64,000 bases of DNA from Octopus sinensis (taxonomy: Eukaryota): contig NC_043001.1 in the NCBI RefSeq assembly GCF_006345805.1, forward strand, positions 99,014,001 to 99,078,000, read 5' to 3'. This document shows, one piece after another, positions 1 through 10,974 of this stretch (its first letter is position 1; each line of letters starts with the position of its first letter). Made by a program: the position numbers and the translations under genes. The notes below the pieces were generated by a model. The model ran no database searches. It was not told the DNA's origin and worked only from the letters and a program-made list of their open reading frames with translations.

Positions 1-1784
1 GAGGGTTGGCAACGAGTACAGTGAAGAATTCCGGGTAGAGGTAGGGGTCCACCAAGGCTCAGTCCTCAGCCCCCTCCTATTTATCATAGTCCTCCAGGCA
101 ATAACGGAGGAATTCAAGGCAGGATGCCCTTGGGAGCTCCTCTATGCTGATGACCTTGCTCTAATTGCTGAGTCACTATCAGAACTGGAGGAGAAGTTTC
201 AGGTGTGGAAGCAAGGATTAGAATCGAAGGGCCTTAGAGTCAATCTAGCTAAAACCAAAGTCGTAATAAGTAGGAAGGTAGACAAATCACAAACGCCTTC
301 AGGTAGATGGCCCTGCTCGATCTGTAGAAAAGGTGTAGGTAGAAACTCTATAAGATGCACCAAGTGTAAGCTATGGACACATAAGAGGTGCAGCAATGTC
401 AAAGGAAGGCTAACTAGGAAGATGGTTTTTGTATGTGGCAGACGCTCAGGAACAATAAACACTGAAAATGCTCTGAGACCAACTTCTGTCACTTTCCAGG
501 GAGAAAAACTAGAAATAGTTGATAGCTTCCATTACCTAGGTGACCAAGTCAGCAGCGGGGGCGGGTGTGCTGAAAGTGTAACTGCTAGAGTAAGAATAGC
601 TTGGGCAAAGTTCAGAGAGCTCTTACCTCTGCTGGTGACAAAAGGCCTCTTGCTCAGAGTAAAAAGCAGACTGTATGACGCATGTGTACGAACAGCCATG
701 CTACATGGCAGTGAAACATGGGCCGTGACTGCTGAGGATATGCGTAAGCTCGCAAGAAATGAAGCCAGTATGCTCCGATGGATGTGTAATGTCAGTACTC
801 ATACTCGACAGAGCGTAAGTACCTTGAGAGAAAAGCTGGACCTAAGAAGCATCAGATGTGGTGTGCAAGAGAGACGTTTGTGCTGGTATGGGCATGTGGC
901 GTGAATGGATGAAGATAGTTGTGTGAAAAAGTGCCACACCCTAGCGGTTGAGAGAACCTGTGGAAGAGGCAGACCCAGGAAAACCTGGGACGAGGTGGTG
1001 AAGCACGACCTTCGAACTTTAGGTCTCATTGAGGAAATGACTAGAGACCGAGACCTCTGGAAGTATGCTGTGCGCAAGAAGACCCGGCAGGACAAGTGAG
1101 ACCATAACCCATGGCCTTCTACATGGGATGTAGCCAGCCCACTTATGCATACCTTCCCTTCTTGGGACACAAAACTCTACTTGTGAAGACCTGTTGAGGC
1201 AAGTGAGAATCAGAATCGAAATCGATCAATGGAAATTGCAGCTGAGTTACCAGTGCTGGTGGCACGTCAGAGAACCATCCGAATGTGGCCGTTGCCAGTG
1301 CCGCCCCGACTGGCACGTAAAAAGCACCATCCATTCATGACCGTTGCCAGCCTCGCCTGGCCCCCGTGCCGGGGGCACGTAAAAAGCACCGTCCGTTCGT
1401 GGCCATTTGCCAGACTCGTCTGGCACCACCATCCGTTCGTGGCCGCTGGCAGCGCCACCCTGACTGGCCTCATGCCGGTGGCACGTAAAAAGCACCATCC
1501 GTTCGTGGCCGTTGCCAGCCTGGCCTGGCCCCCGTGCCGGTGGCACGTAAAAAGCGCCATCCGTCCGTGGCCATTTGCCAGCTCCGTCTGGCACCTGTGC
1601 GGGTGGCACGTAAAAAGCACCCACTACACTCACGGAGTGGTTGGCGTTAGGAAGGGCATCCAGCCGTAGAAACACTGCCATATCAGACTGGGCCTGATGC
1701 AGCCTTCTGGCTTCACAGACCCCAGTTGAACCGTCCAACCCATGCTAGCATGGAAAGCGGATGCTAAATGATGATGATGATGAT
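1..1784 (+). mobile_element. RTE-type non-LTR retrotransposon, 3' part (RT C-terminal half, 3' UTR, (ATG)n tail)
   Basis: Frame 2..1099 reads GVHQGSVLSPLLF...LLYADDLAL (YADD at 143-154)...YLG...AMLHGSETW...WYGHV...GRGRPRKTW, with one in-frame TGA at 902-904. It is followed by a repeat-containing UTR ending in ATGATGATG at 1768-1784. Cut by the window edge. Confidence 0.92.
1255..1620 (+). repeat. ~60-nt tandem units in the LINE 3' UTR (core GGCACGTAAAAAGCACC)
   Basis: The core recurs about six times with mutually similar intervening sequence, often with the mini-hairpin GTGCC-GGT-GGCAC. Confidence 0.85.
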
Positions 1785-1869
1785 ATATATATATACATAC
1801 ATATTCATATATATATACACACACACATATATACATATATATACATACACACACACACACACATATAAA

Positions 1870-2095
1870 GGAATACAAAAAATGGGACAAGAACGCAAAA
1901 CATCCAGACATGATAAAAAAGGGACAAGAAAAAACAAAGATGGGTCATTCAGAGCTTTCTTTCCTCAGTCGAGTTCCAGATTATCTTTGCAATTTCGGCT
2001 GGTTATACTCAAGACTGCTCCAATCTGGCCTGCCCCAAGGAAAAACTAACCTGAGAGCACTAAATTCCTTGGAAGAAAGCAGCAAATGTATATGC
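1870..2095. repeat. Direct repeat, copy 1 of 2 (~230 nt, unknown family)
   Basis: GAATACAAAAAATGGGACAAGAACGCAAAA...GAGAGCACTAAATTCCTT is closely repeated at 2610-2838. Confidence 0.85.
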
Positions 2096-2609
2096 AAACA
2101 AGGACGGAAAAAAACCTGGAGAAATGGTACACAAATACAAATGCAAATAACAGGATATTAACAACAGGTGTCTTTCGACTAAGGATGAATTCAATTAGGC
2201 TGGTGTATGTGGAAGTGAAGCCTTGCAGCAGGGACATAAGAGATGACAGGCATGGAAAGGAATATAGATGTTGCATGGATGGTAGTCGAACCAAGAAAGG
2301 TCAGTCTTGGCTGAACACCAGACACATGGAGAGAGAGGAGAGAGGTAGAGGCAGAGGGATAGAAGAATTAGGGAGGGTCAAAAAAAAAAAAAGGGACAGA
2401 GTGAAGTGAAAGAGGAGGGAAGGTGAGAATGAAGAGAAAGCCAGGAAATGTGAAAGATGGGGAACGAAACAAAACAGTGTGGAAAGAACAAAGTAAGTGT
2501 GAAGGGGCTGATAGAAAGAAAGAAAGAATAAGAGAGTTGTACAATATATATATATATGCACTTACATATGAGACCAAAGTGTATGTACGCTGCCATATGT
2601 TTATAAAAA

Positions 2610-2838
2610 TGAATACAAAAAAATGGGACAAGAACGCAAAACAACCAGACATGATACAAAAAAGGGACAAGAAAAAACAAAGACGTGTCATTCAGAGTTT
2701 TCTTTCCTAGGTTGAGTTCCAGATTATCGTTGCAATTTTGGCTGGTTATACTCAAGAGTGCTCCAATCTGGCCAGCCCCAAGGAAAAACTAAGTTGAGAG
2801 CACTAGATTCCTTAGAAGAAAGCAGTGAATGTGTACAA
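2610..2838. repeat. Direct repeat, copy 2 of 2
   Basis: Near copy of 1870-2095, about 740 nt downstream. Confidence 0.85.
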
Positions 2839-3242
2839 ATATATATATAAACATAATGAGGCACTAAGTACATGCAACTACAGCTTTTTTCACACATTCA
2901 AATTCTACCACAAATCCAAATGCCTAAATGACCATACAGTACATTTCCACAATACCCCTTAGGTAATTCCAATAACCTTATAAATCGACATTCTAACTCC
3001 TAATCCCTATCTAATTCTTCACTCATACTTGAATATCACAACCATCTAATTATATTCGTATGTGCATCCATCCATGTGAGTGAGTGTATGCATATATGTA
3101 CGTATGCGTGAATGTACATGTGTACGCAAGGTATATATACCTGCGTATACAGGGACGATAATACATGCATCTTTTTACACTCTAATACCTTTCTCTCTCT
3201 ATCATTCTTTATCTCCCCACTCCTACTTTCAAATTATCTCCA

Positions 3243-3750
3243 CTGACCACTAACTGGTAAACTTTCCCTTATCTATATCTTTTTCTTTCTTGCCTTTATT
3301 CCTCTCTTCTTGTTTTTTTTTTATTTTCTTCTTACTTTCTCTTTCTTTATTCTTCTCTTCCTGTTTTCAATTTGACCCTACTAATGCACTCCCTATTTTT
3401 AGGCCACTTTAAATAAAACCCATGATTCAATAATACTGTGTATAAACTCTATACTTGGAGAGACCGATTTTAAATACTAGTGGATTTTACTCATAAGGTA
3501 TTGGAATCTTATATGTTTACCATTCTGCCTAAAAAATGGATCTACAAATACAATATCCCCACACATCTATTTTCTTTCCTCCACCTAACTCTCTATTTTG
3601 TATCTTATCTAAATTAACCATTACTTTGTCATCCTCTCACACCATCTCTGATGAAGGGATAGAATAAATATCCTGGAAACAGCTGTAAGGGCTTCTATCT
3701 ATAAATGTTCTAAAATCTACACAGCCTTGGTTTTTTTTTATCTCATTACA
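3243..3750 (+). mobile_element. Non-coding dispersed repeat carrying a hammerhead-like motif (PLE terminus or retrozyme-like)
   Basis: 3243-3513 is homologous to 53719-53958. Contains a hammerhead-like motif at 3645-3690. The 3' boundary is approximate. Confidence 0.6.
3645..3690 (+). ncRNA. Minimal type I hammerhead ribozyme-like motif
   Basis: TCT-CTGATGA(3648-3654)-A-GGGAT-loop-ATCCT-G-GAAAC-AGCT-GTA-AGG. Core intact, palindromic AGCT loop on a 2-bp helix III, GUA site ending at 3687; one extra G before GAAA. Confidence 0.7.
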
Positions 3751-3799
3751 AAAAATAATTTTTATATACACACGCTGATATATGACCAACGTTGAACCC

Positions 3800-4935
3800 C
3801 CTTATCTGCATAATCACCAAACCTGGAACTTAACTATGGTTTATATATAGCACTTATTCAGCATTGCCTGACACCTTTGGTCTCAATGACACCATTACCT
3901 CTCATAACCTCTATATATACATATATAGAGAATGGGCCCCAACTATGCAAACCTGTTTGTTGGCTAAGTTGAGGCCCAAATATTCTCCAGTTTCACTGGT
4001 CCCACTCCCGAACTATATGGCCGTTATATTGACGACTGTTTTGGTGCCACCTCACTCTCCCGCGAACATCTAAACTCCTTCCTCTCTTTCCATCCTGTCC
4101 TCCACTATCTCTGTCTCTTTTCTTAACATTTCGGTCAGCATTCATCACTTCACTCTTTCTACCTCCATCCACTACAAACACACACTCATATCTCAACTTC
4201 TCCTCCCACCTCAAACACACCAAGCTTTCCATCCCCTATTCCCAATTCCCCCGTCTACGCAGGCTCTGTAGTGACAACCATGACTTTGAGACTCAGTCTC
4301 AACTCATGGCTCGCCACTTCATCCTACATGGATATCCCCTCACCACTATCCACACTGCCCTTGCCAGAGCATGTTCCGTGGACATTGCATCTGCTCTCTC
4401 CCCACAAACTCGCCCTGCAGTCTCCTGCCTCCCTTTTCCCCTCACCTCTCCAAGCTTTCCGGCATCTCCAGTCTGACCCATCCACTTCACACATCTTCCC
4501 TAACTAACCCCTCCCCTCCTTCAAACGAGCCCACAACCTACAAGACCTCTTGGTCCACAGCTTCTTCCCCAACCCTACCTCCCAACCTGGCTCGTTCCCC
4601 TGCTCCCGCACTTGCCCTTACCTCTCCAACACCACCCATCATTGACCCTATCACATCACTGACTCCTTCACCTGCACCTCCAGCAATATCATCTATTGCA
4701 TCTCCTGCTCTCTCTGCCATTCTCTGTACATCGGACAAACGGGACGCCGCTTGGCTGCCCAGTTTGCAGAACACCTCCGAGACATCCCAGTTTCATGCCA
4801 TTTCCACTCTACCGGTCACTCTTTGCAACACCTGTCTGTGTTTGGATTGTCCTTGCACAGAGGCCATCCTGACTCCTGTTTGCGCCGTGAACAAGGATTA
4901 ATCTTCTCTCCTTTACGCCATTTGGGCTCAACTCT
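3800..4935 (+). mobile_element. Penelope-like element (Neptune-like), decayed RT + GIY-YIG endonuclease
   Basis: Reads MGPNYANLFVG*VEAQ...YGRYIDDCFG (YIDD 4025-4036), then SIPYSQFPRLRRLCSD, then IIYCISCSLCHSLYIGQTGRRL...EHLRDI, ending ...PFGLN. Stops and frameshifts are present. Confidence 0.88.
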
Positions 4936-5184
4936 CCTCCTCCCACTTCTCTTCACCCCCATTCTCTTTCCCTCTTATCTCTTACTCTCCTCTCTTGCCC
5001 CGACTCCTACATCTCTTCCTCTTTCTCTCCTCACATACCCACCTTCCCTACTCCACCCCTCAGCCGAACCCACACCCCACACCATACATTACACCACCCA
5101 CATTTTCACACCTACACATACATACACGCACATGTCCAGACCACCAACCCTCTTTCACATGCACACACTCTCATACACGAACGA

Positions 5185-5410
5185 ACCTTCGTGTTGGGAG
5201 TCATCTTTACCTTGTTATCTCCCCTACTTCTTACCTCTTGTGTGTGACCCTTCTGTCCAGCAGACGCCATGATAGATCGTTAGCCACTACACACTTTTTT
5301 TTCCTCTCCTTGCATTTTCTGTAGAAGAGCGTAAGCTCAAAACGCAAAAGACTTTTTCTATTCCTGAGCGTTATACTAATGCATCTGTTTGTTTTCTTTG
5401 TAAACTCTCC
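5185..5410 (+). repeat. Tandem terminal repeat (pLTR-like) copy 1 of the upstream PLE, with degenerate hammerhead-like motif at ~5315-5350
   Basis: Homologous to 5511-5785. Contains CTGTAGA-A-GAGC-GTAA-GCTC-AAAAC. Confidence 0.7.
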
Positions 5411-5510
5411 CTATATATATATTATATATACGTTTTTATTCCCCACCTTCCAACCACACCACAACGCACACACTAGTACTGACCACTTCCGAGCACCCTC
5501 ACCCACACGC

Positions 5511-5785
5511 ACCTTCGTTTTCGGATCACCACTACTTTATTATCTCCACTTCTTCCTAGCTCTCCTGTGTGACCCCTCTGTCCGGCATTCGCCATGATAG
5601 AGCGCTAGCCACTATACATTCATTTTCTCTCCTTGTTTCTTTTTGTGTTCCTTTCTGTAGAAGAGCGTAGGCTTGAAATGTTAAAGACTTCTTCACATCC
5701 CGAGCGTTAAACTAATACATCTGTTTGTCGTCTACACCACCTGTCTTCATCTTTTGTTTTTTTGTGAATTCTCCCCCTATATATA
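5511..5785 (+). repeat. Tandem terminal repeat (pLTR-like) copy 2, with hammerhead-like motif at 5651-5686
   Basis: CTTT-CTGTAGA-A-GAGC-GTAG-GCTT-GAAATG-TT-AAAG. CTTT/AAAG forms helix I. Confidence 0.7.
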
Positions 5786-5801
5786 CATATGCATATATAT
5801 G

Positions 5802-5837
<36 letters not shown>

Positions 5838-6691
5838 GGCGGGGAAACAGAACGAGCATACAACTACTCCTGCCTATACTACACCTGTGTGCTTAAGATT
5901 GTGGAAATCACTTGCTAACTCCATTTTCCATTTCCCTCATTCATCATAAACTCAATGGATGCTGAAGAATTCATGATGTAGATCCACTGACAATTATATC
6001 ATAATCATGGATGACATCCAGTAGCTTCAACATTGTAAGTGCTTTAATCAGCATACTACTAAACATATACCCAAAGTCCAAATTTTTTACTTATATATAT
6101 ATATATATATATATAAGTATAAACTGAGCCGAAGGAAAATTCTATAAGAACTGGAAAACCAGAAGAACCAATTCCCATACTATAAGACATAGTTAGTGCG
6201 GCGCTCTATTTTTTAGCAACTCCTTTTTAATTCATTTGTTTATTCAATGTCTTATTTTCCTTTCATGCTAGTGTAAGTTAGAGCTATATCAGGCAGAATA
6301 TTTATGGCTAGATGCTCTTCCTATTGCCAACCTTTACCCACTTTTCAAGTGTGAGAATTTTTATTCCAGAGCTATCCAAAAGTGTAGAGTAATTAATCAT
6401 AATATAAACATAGACAAACAATATCATTACATTTCGCTCAAGCACAGAATGTTAACATTCACACATAAAACATATACAATAGACTTTCTGAAGTTTCTGC
6501 ATAAAGCACTTGCCCAAGGTATTGCAGTGGAAATGGTCCAGAAACCACATGGCTGCAAAGCAAACATCTTAACCACATAGCCATGGCTGCAGTTAGTGTT
6601 AAAAAAACAAAACATCTTAGAGAATAAGGTAAACATGAATGAGAATTATTCTAGTGTTAGAACAACAGACCCATCGATAATACTACTAATA

Positions 6692-6822
6692 ATAATCCTT
6701 TCTACTACAGCCACAAGGCCTGAAATTTTTGCGGAGGGGTAAGTCAGTTAACGTAAAGATGGATGAAATGCCACTAAGCATTTTGCCTGGCGTGCAAACG
6801 GTTCTGCCAGCTCGCTGCCTTA
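6692..6822 (-). mobile_element. SINE family B fragment (internally deleted)
   Basis: Reverse complement starts AAGGCAGCGAGCTGGCAGAACCGTTTGCAC and ends GGCCTTGTGGC...; matches the copy at 26655-26866. Confidence 0.7.
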
Positions 6823-8351
6823 TTACTACTACTACTAATAATAATAATAATAAATGGTCTGGGTTATGTAGTGGGAAACATGATCTGAAACTGGTTGAGC
6901 AAACATGCAGAGGCTTGTCATGCACGATGTAGAGCTGGCTGGGGATAAGCTAAAACTCATTGGCCACTTGTCTGGTTGCCCCATACTATATCGCACATCC
7001 TTCTCTTTATTGTACAGCAGATTTTCTCACCTGCTTCCAAACAAAGTAATAATATTTCCTTATCATTGGACATGTTTTCACAGAAAATTGGAAATTAACA
7101 ATACCACTCATTTACAGCTATTACACAATATCAGAACCAGGAGACACAAACACACAACATCCAGCAAACTTCTGTTTTTTTTCTGCCAAATCCACTTGCA
7201 AGGCTTTGGTTAGCCCAGGACTATAAGTAAAAGACACTTGTCCAGCATGCCATACATTGAGATTGAACCCAAAACAATATGGCTAGCAAGCAAACTTTTT
7301 CCTTTCTAAGTGATACTCAGTACCTGGTCATAAGGGGCGGAGATACTGTTATTTTAGTTGGCAGTATTATTACCATGTTGTGAGGGCACATAACCTAGTG
7401 GTTAGGGTATTGCACCCATGATCACAAGATTGTGGTTTCAATTCCTGGACCAAGTGGTGCATTGGGTTCTTGAACAAAACACCTCATCTCATGTTGCTCT
7501 GTGATCACTTTGATACTTGATATGTGGTATAATATGCACTTATTCAAACAGTGCTGATTTGATGGGGGGAATAAGTTAATGTACAGCTCACATATTTGGT
7601 TGCTATAAACATTACTTGTGCAGGTTGTTCAGCAAGAAATTGCTGAACTATCTTTCTTGGACTATCATCATATTACCATATGAGCTCCTTTGGTCTGCTT
7701 TTCTTGGTGATGGTGGTGGGGATAGCTGCCATTTCTACATAAGTGTTTGTAGGGAGACAGGATATACAAATTCAAATATCTGTATGTGACAGTAAAGCAA
7801 GTACTTTCCCCATATAACTGGATGGTCAAATACATAAAAATCACACTTCCATGATGAGGAATTGATAACCTCTTTTCTGTTTTAGATAAAACAGACCAAA
7901 GCAAGGTGATGGATATCAGGATAACCAGATGATAGGTCTGTAGTTCGTAGCCAGCACTATATTGTGCCCAACATGACTACCTAGAAATAGCAACTAAATC
8001 TGATCTTCATCAAATCATTACCATTTTGCAAAAGAAAGAACACATTGGATAATGTGACCCTATAAAATATAAAAATAAATAAAATACACACACATTTGAA
8101 TACTTACATATATATAGATATACATACATATATTGATAGCAAAATTACTATCCTTATAACTTTCAAAAATATCTGCTTATATACTATATTCTATCTATTG
8201 TGAATAACAGAATGCATCTAATATTAATAACTGATTATTGTATATGCTTATAAATGCAAATATGTATGTATATTTCAGTATATATATATATATAAGTATT
8301 CAAATGTGTGTGTATTTTATTTATCTATAACTTATCATTATGTACTTTATA

Positions 8352-8475
8352 ATCTCTGACAAAGCCTAGAGATATAGCCAAGTACCTCATTTTCATCTAC
8401 CTATTACTTCACTGCACTTGAGTAATAAAGGTAGAATGAGGTACTTTTACCTCTTGGCTGAAACAGCTGTAAGTT
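8352..8475 (+). ncRNA. Hammerhead-like motif with extended (~95 nt) helix II, core degenerate
   Basis: ATCT-CTGACAA(8356-8362)-AGCC..long hairpin..GGCT-GAAAC-AGCT-GTA-AGTT. Perfect 12-bp stem 8380-8391/8435-8446. G8 is replaced by A. Confidence 0.65.
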
Positions 8476-8692
8476 ATTTTCCCAATTTATATTCATGTTT
8501 GTTATTCTATAGTAATTACTGGTATCCTTATATATTACTATATTTTATATCTTATATGTAAAGCATAAAATGTTATATGTATGTATATTATTGTAATTAT
8601 CAGTTTAGTACATAAATAAGTTAACATAATACAATGTTTAAAAGTTGATGAACCACCGATTGATCCCCTCCATTTTCTTATTGCTATATATA

Positions 8693-8860
8693 TCTCTATA
8701 TATAAAACTGAAATGCGTTTTTACCGCTTGGATCGCTTTCAATGCCACTACATCCCATCCGATTCGCTCCAAAATTTACAGGGACATGTAGAATGAGGTG
8801 ACAATGCCCGTGGGCTACCTTAGAAATCCCTATCTTAAAAGGTGTGGTTGCTAGGTGCCA
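8693..8860 (+). mobile_element. Possible 5' end of a non-autonomous Helitron-like element
   Basis: Starts TCTCTATATATAAAACTG, resembling the 5' end of the element at 9421-9804. No 3' end identified. Confidence 0.3.
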
Positions 8861-9420
8861 TCTTCCTCACTCACGCTATTTCCTCCATTTATAACTTTGA
8901 CAATTCCACCCTGTTATTTAATGTATCTGTCTTCATAAACTTACTCTCGCTATTTCCTCTCTTTTTCACCCACTCTGTTTCATACCTTCCCATCACTTCG
9001 GCGTTCTTTTATGTATCTGTCTGTCACCAACAACACACGAGCATGAGAACAAATATTATGAATCAGATATTCTTGCGTTCATTTATGTGTGTGTGTTCTA
9101 TATATAAATATGTATATATAATGTATATGTGTGTGTTCTATATATAAATATGTATATATACAAAGTGTATATATCTGTATTTATGTATATTAAACCTTTT
9201 CATAGTTATATATATTTTTAAACAAATTATAAATATAATTTAATAATTTTTATTTTCAATTTAAATTTTTCAATTTTATATATTTATTTTTTGTTTTTGT
9301 TTTTGGTTTTTCACTGATTTGCCTATTAGTGGTTTTATCACTAATTTAAACAGATATATATCTCATTTGTATACATTTATATATATAATGTGTGCACACA
9401 CACACACATATATATATATA

Positions 9421-9804
9421 CTAGCAGTATCGCCCGGCGTTGCTCAGGTTTGTAAGGGAAATAACTATAAAGCATTTTTAGAGAGTTATAGCCAAAAAAT
9501 AGAAAAAAAAAATGGAAAAAAATGGTAAATTTTTTTTTGAGATTTAAAAAAAGTGGAGTTGCGTCCCCTAGATAGTTTGTGGTTCGTATTTCTGATTCTC
9601 GACCCCATGTCGAATTTATCGATTTTTTTCAGAACTGGGGGAACTTTTCAAAATTTTCGCTGCGTTAGTTTTGAATTATGACATTGGGCTACGTGTGTGT
9701 CAAGTTTCATCAGAATCGGTTGAAAGCCGTGGTCAGGGTGAGGGTACAAGCAAACAGACACACAGAAACACGCACAGACAAACTGCCGTTTATATAGAGA
9801 GAGA
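9421..9804 (-). mobile_element. Non-autonomous Helitron-like element
   Basis: Minus strand begins TC(TCTCTCTATATAAACGG) and ends CCTGAGCAACGCCGGG-CGATACTG-CTAG (subterminal GC hairpin plus CTAG). Inserted between A and T. Confidence 0.72.
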
Positions 9805-10048
9805 TATAATGTGTGCATTACGTAGTCGGTTGATTCAGCTGAAAATATGCACACCTATGTTAAAAGTGCTGGCAAGTTTGCATGACAACTATTTTTTTCC
9901 TCAAATGAAAGGCGTCACCTCTAGGACAAAATTCCTCATCTTATAAAATGTGGCCCCAGTAGACCTGAATGAAATCTGGTTATATTAACCAAAATGTGAA
10001 AAGGGGTCTAAATGGGGCTGGAAGGGGATTAAAATTTCAAGGAGCGGG

Positions 10049-10332
10049 TGTTTAAGAATTCTCTGTTACATCAAGCTAAAAAATTTGCGCCAGCCTTTTA
10101 ATCGTCAATGTGTTGCCGTCCATGATAAAGAAGTTTTGAATGCTTGCCATGGCGAGTCTACTGTCTTGAGAAAGAATCACTTCAAAACTTGGTGTTTACG
10201 AATTTTCTTTTACATCAAGTTCAAAATTTTACGCCAGCCATTAAACTGTCAATACGTTGCTGTCCGTCGTTAAGAAATGCCAGCCATGGTGACTCTACTA
10301 TCCTCAGATTCTATCCCTTCAAACTTTGGTTT
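10049..10332. repeat. Imperfect tandem duplication, period ~144 nt
   Basis: TGTTTAAGAATT...TACATCAAG...GCCAGCC...GCCATGG...TCTACT...TTCAAAACTTGG recurs from 10193. Confidence 0.75.
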
Positions 10333-10606
10333 CCAATATTTTATTATTTTTATTCAGCTCGCAAGTTCGTCTGTCCCTTTTAAATGTTAGCGTTTTGCTG
10401 TCTGCCTTGAAGCAGACCTTTCCCTTGCCACTGCCTGATATTTATAATTGATCTTTCTAAATATTTTATTTCTCAACTTACTCAAGATCTTCTGTTGTTT
10501 ATAAATGGGAGAGAGATAGATAAAGACAGAGAGTAAGAAAAAGCGAGGGAGAGTCCGAGAGAAAAGAAAAGAGAGTGGGAAAGTGAGAGAGAAACAAAGA
10601 CAGAGA

Positions 10607-10906
10607 ATCATCATCGTTTAATGTCCGTTTTCCGTGCTAGCACGGGTTGGACAGTGTGACCGAGGTCTGGGAAGCCAGGAGGCTGCACCAGGCTCCAGTC
10701 TGATCTGGCAGTGTTTCTACAGGTGGATGACCTTCCTAACGCCAACCACTCTGTGAGTGTAGTGGATGCTTTTTTCGTGCCGCCAGCACAGGTGCCAGGG
10801 GCTCGCAGCGGCAACGATCAGTTGGTGCTTTTTACGTGCCACCGGCACAGAAGCAAGTCAAGGCGGCGCTGCAATCGGCCACGTTCGGATGGTGCTTTTT
10901 ACGTGC
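10607..10906 (-). mobile_element. RTE LINE 3' UTR/tail copy (5'-truncated)
   Basis: Reverse-complement match to 1480-1784, including GGCACGTAAAAAGCACC and the GATGAT tail. Confidence 0.88.
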
Positions 10907-10942
10907 TGAAAAGAAGCAACAGAAAGTAACAACCACACTCTT

Positions 10943-10974
10943 ACCCGCCCGTAGAGCGGGTCACCTTCAGCTAG
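10943..10974 (+). mobile_element. Helitron-like 3' terminus
   Basis: Hairpin ACCCGC-CCGTAGA-GCGGGT, then 9 nt, then CTAG followed by T. Confidence 0.65.

Noticed and set aside
1255-1620. CRISPR-like repeat/spacer appearance
   Set aside because: The intervening segments are homologous to each other, the array is part of a LINE 3' UTR present in six copies, the DNA is eukaryotic and no cas genes are present.
1143-1738. Overlapping 63-163 aa ORFs on both strands (and similar ORFs at 10611, 38763, 49912, 50869)
   Set aside because: They are translations of the GC-rich tandem LINE UTR; the same pseudo-peptides recur at each copy.
4371-5324. Ser/Pro/Thr-rich ORFs of 109-176 aa
   Set aside because: Shifted-frame or partial readings of the decayed Penelope-like element and its C-rich tail.
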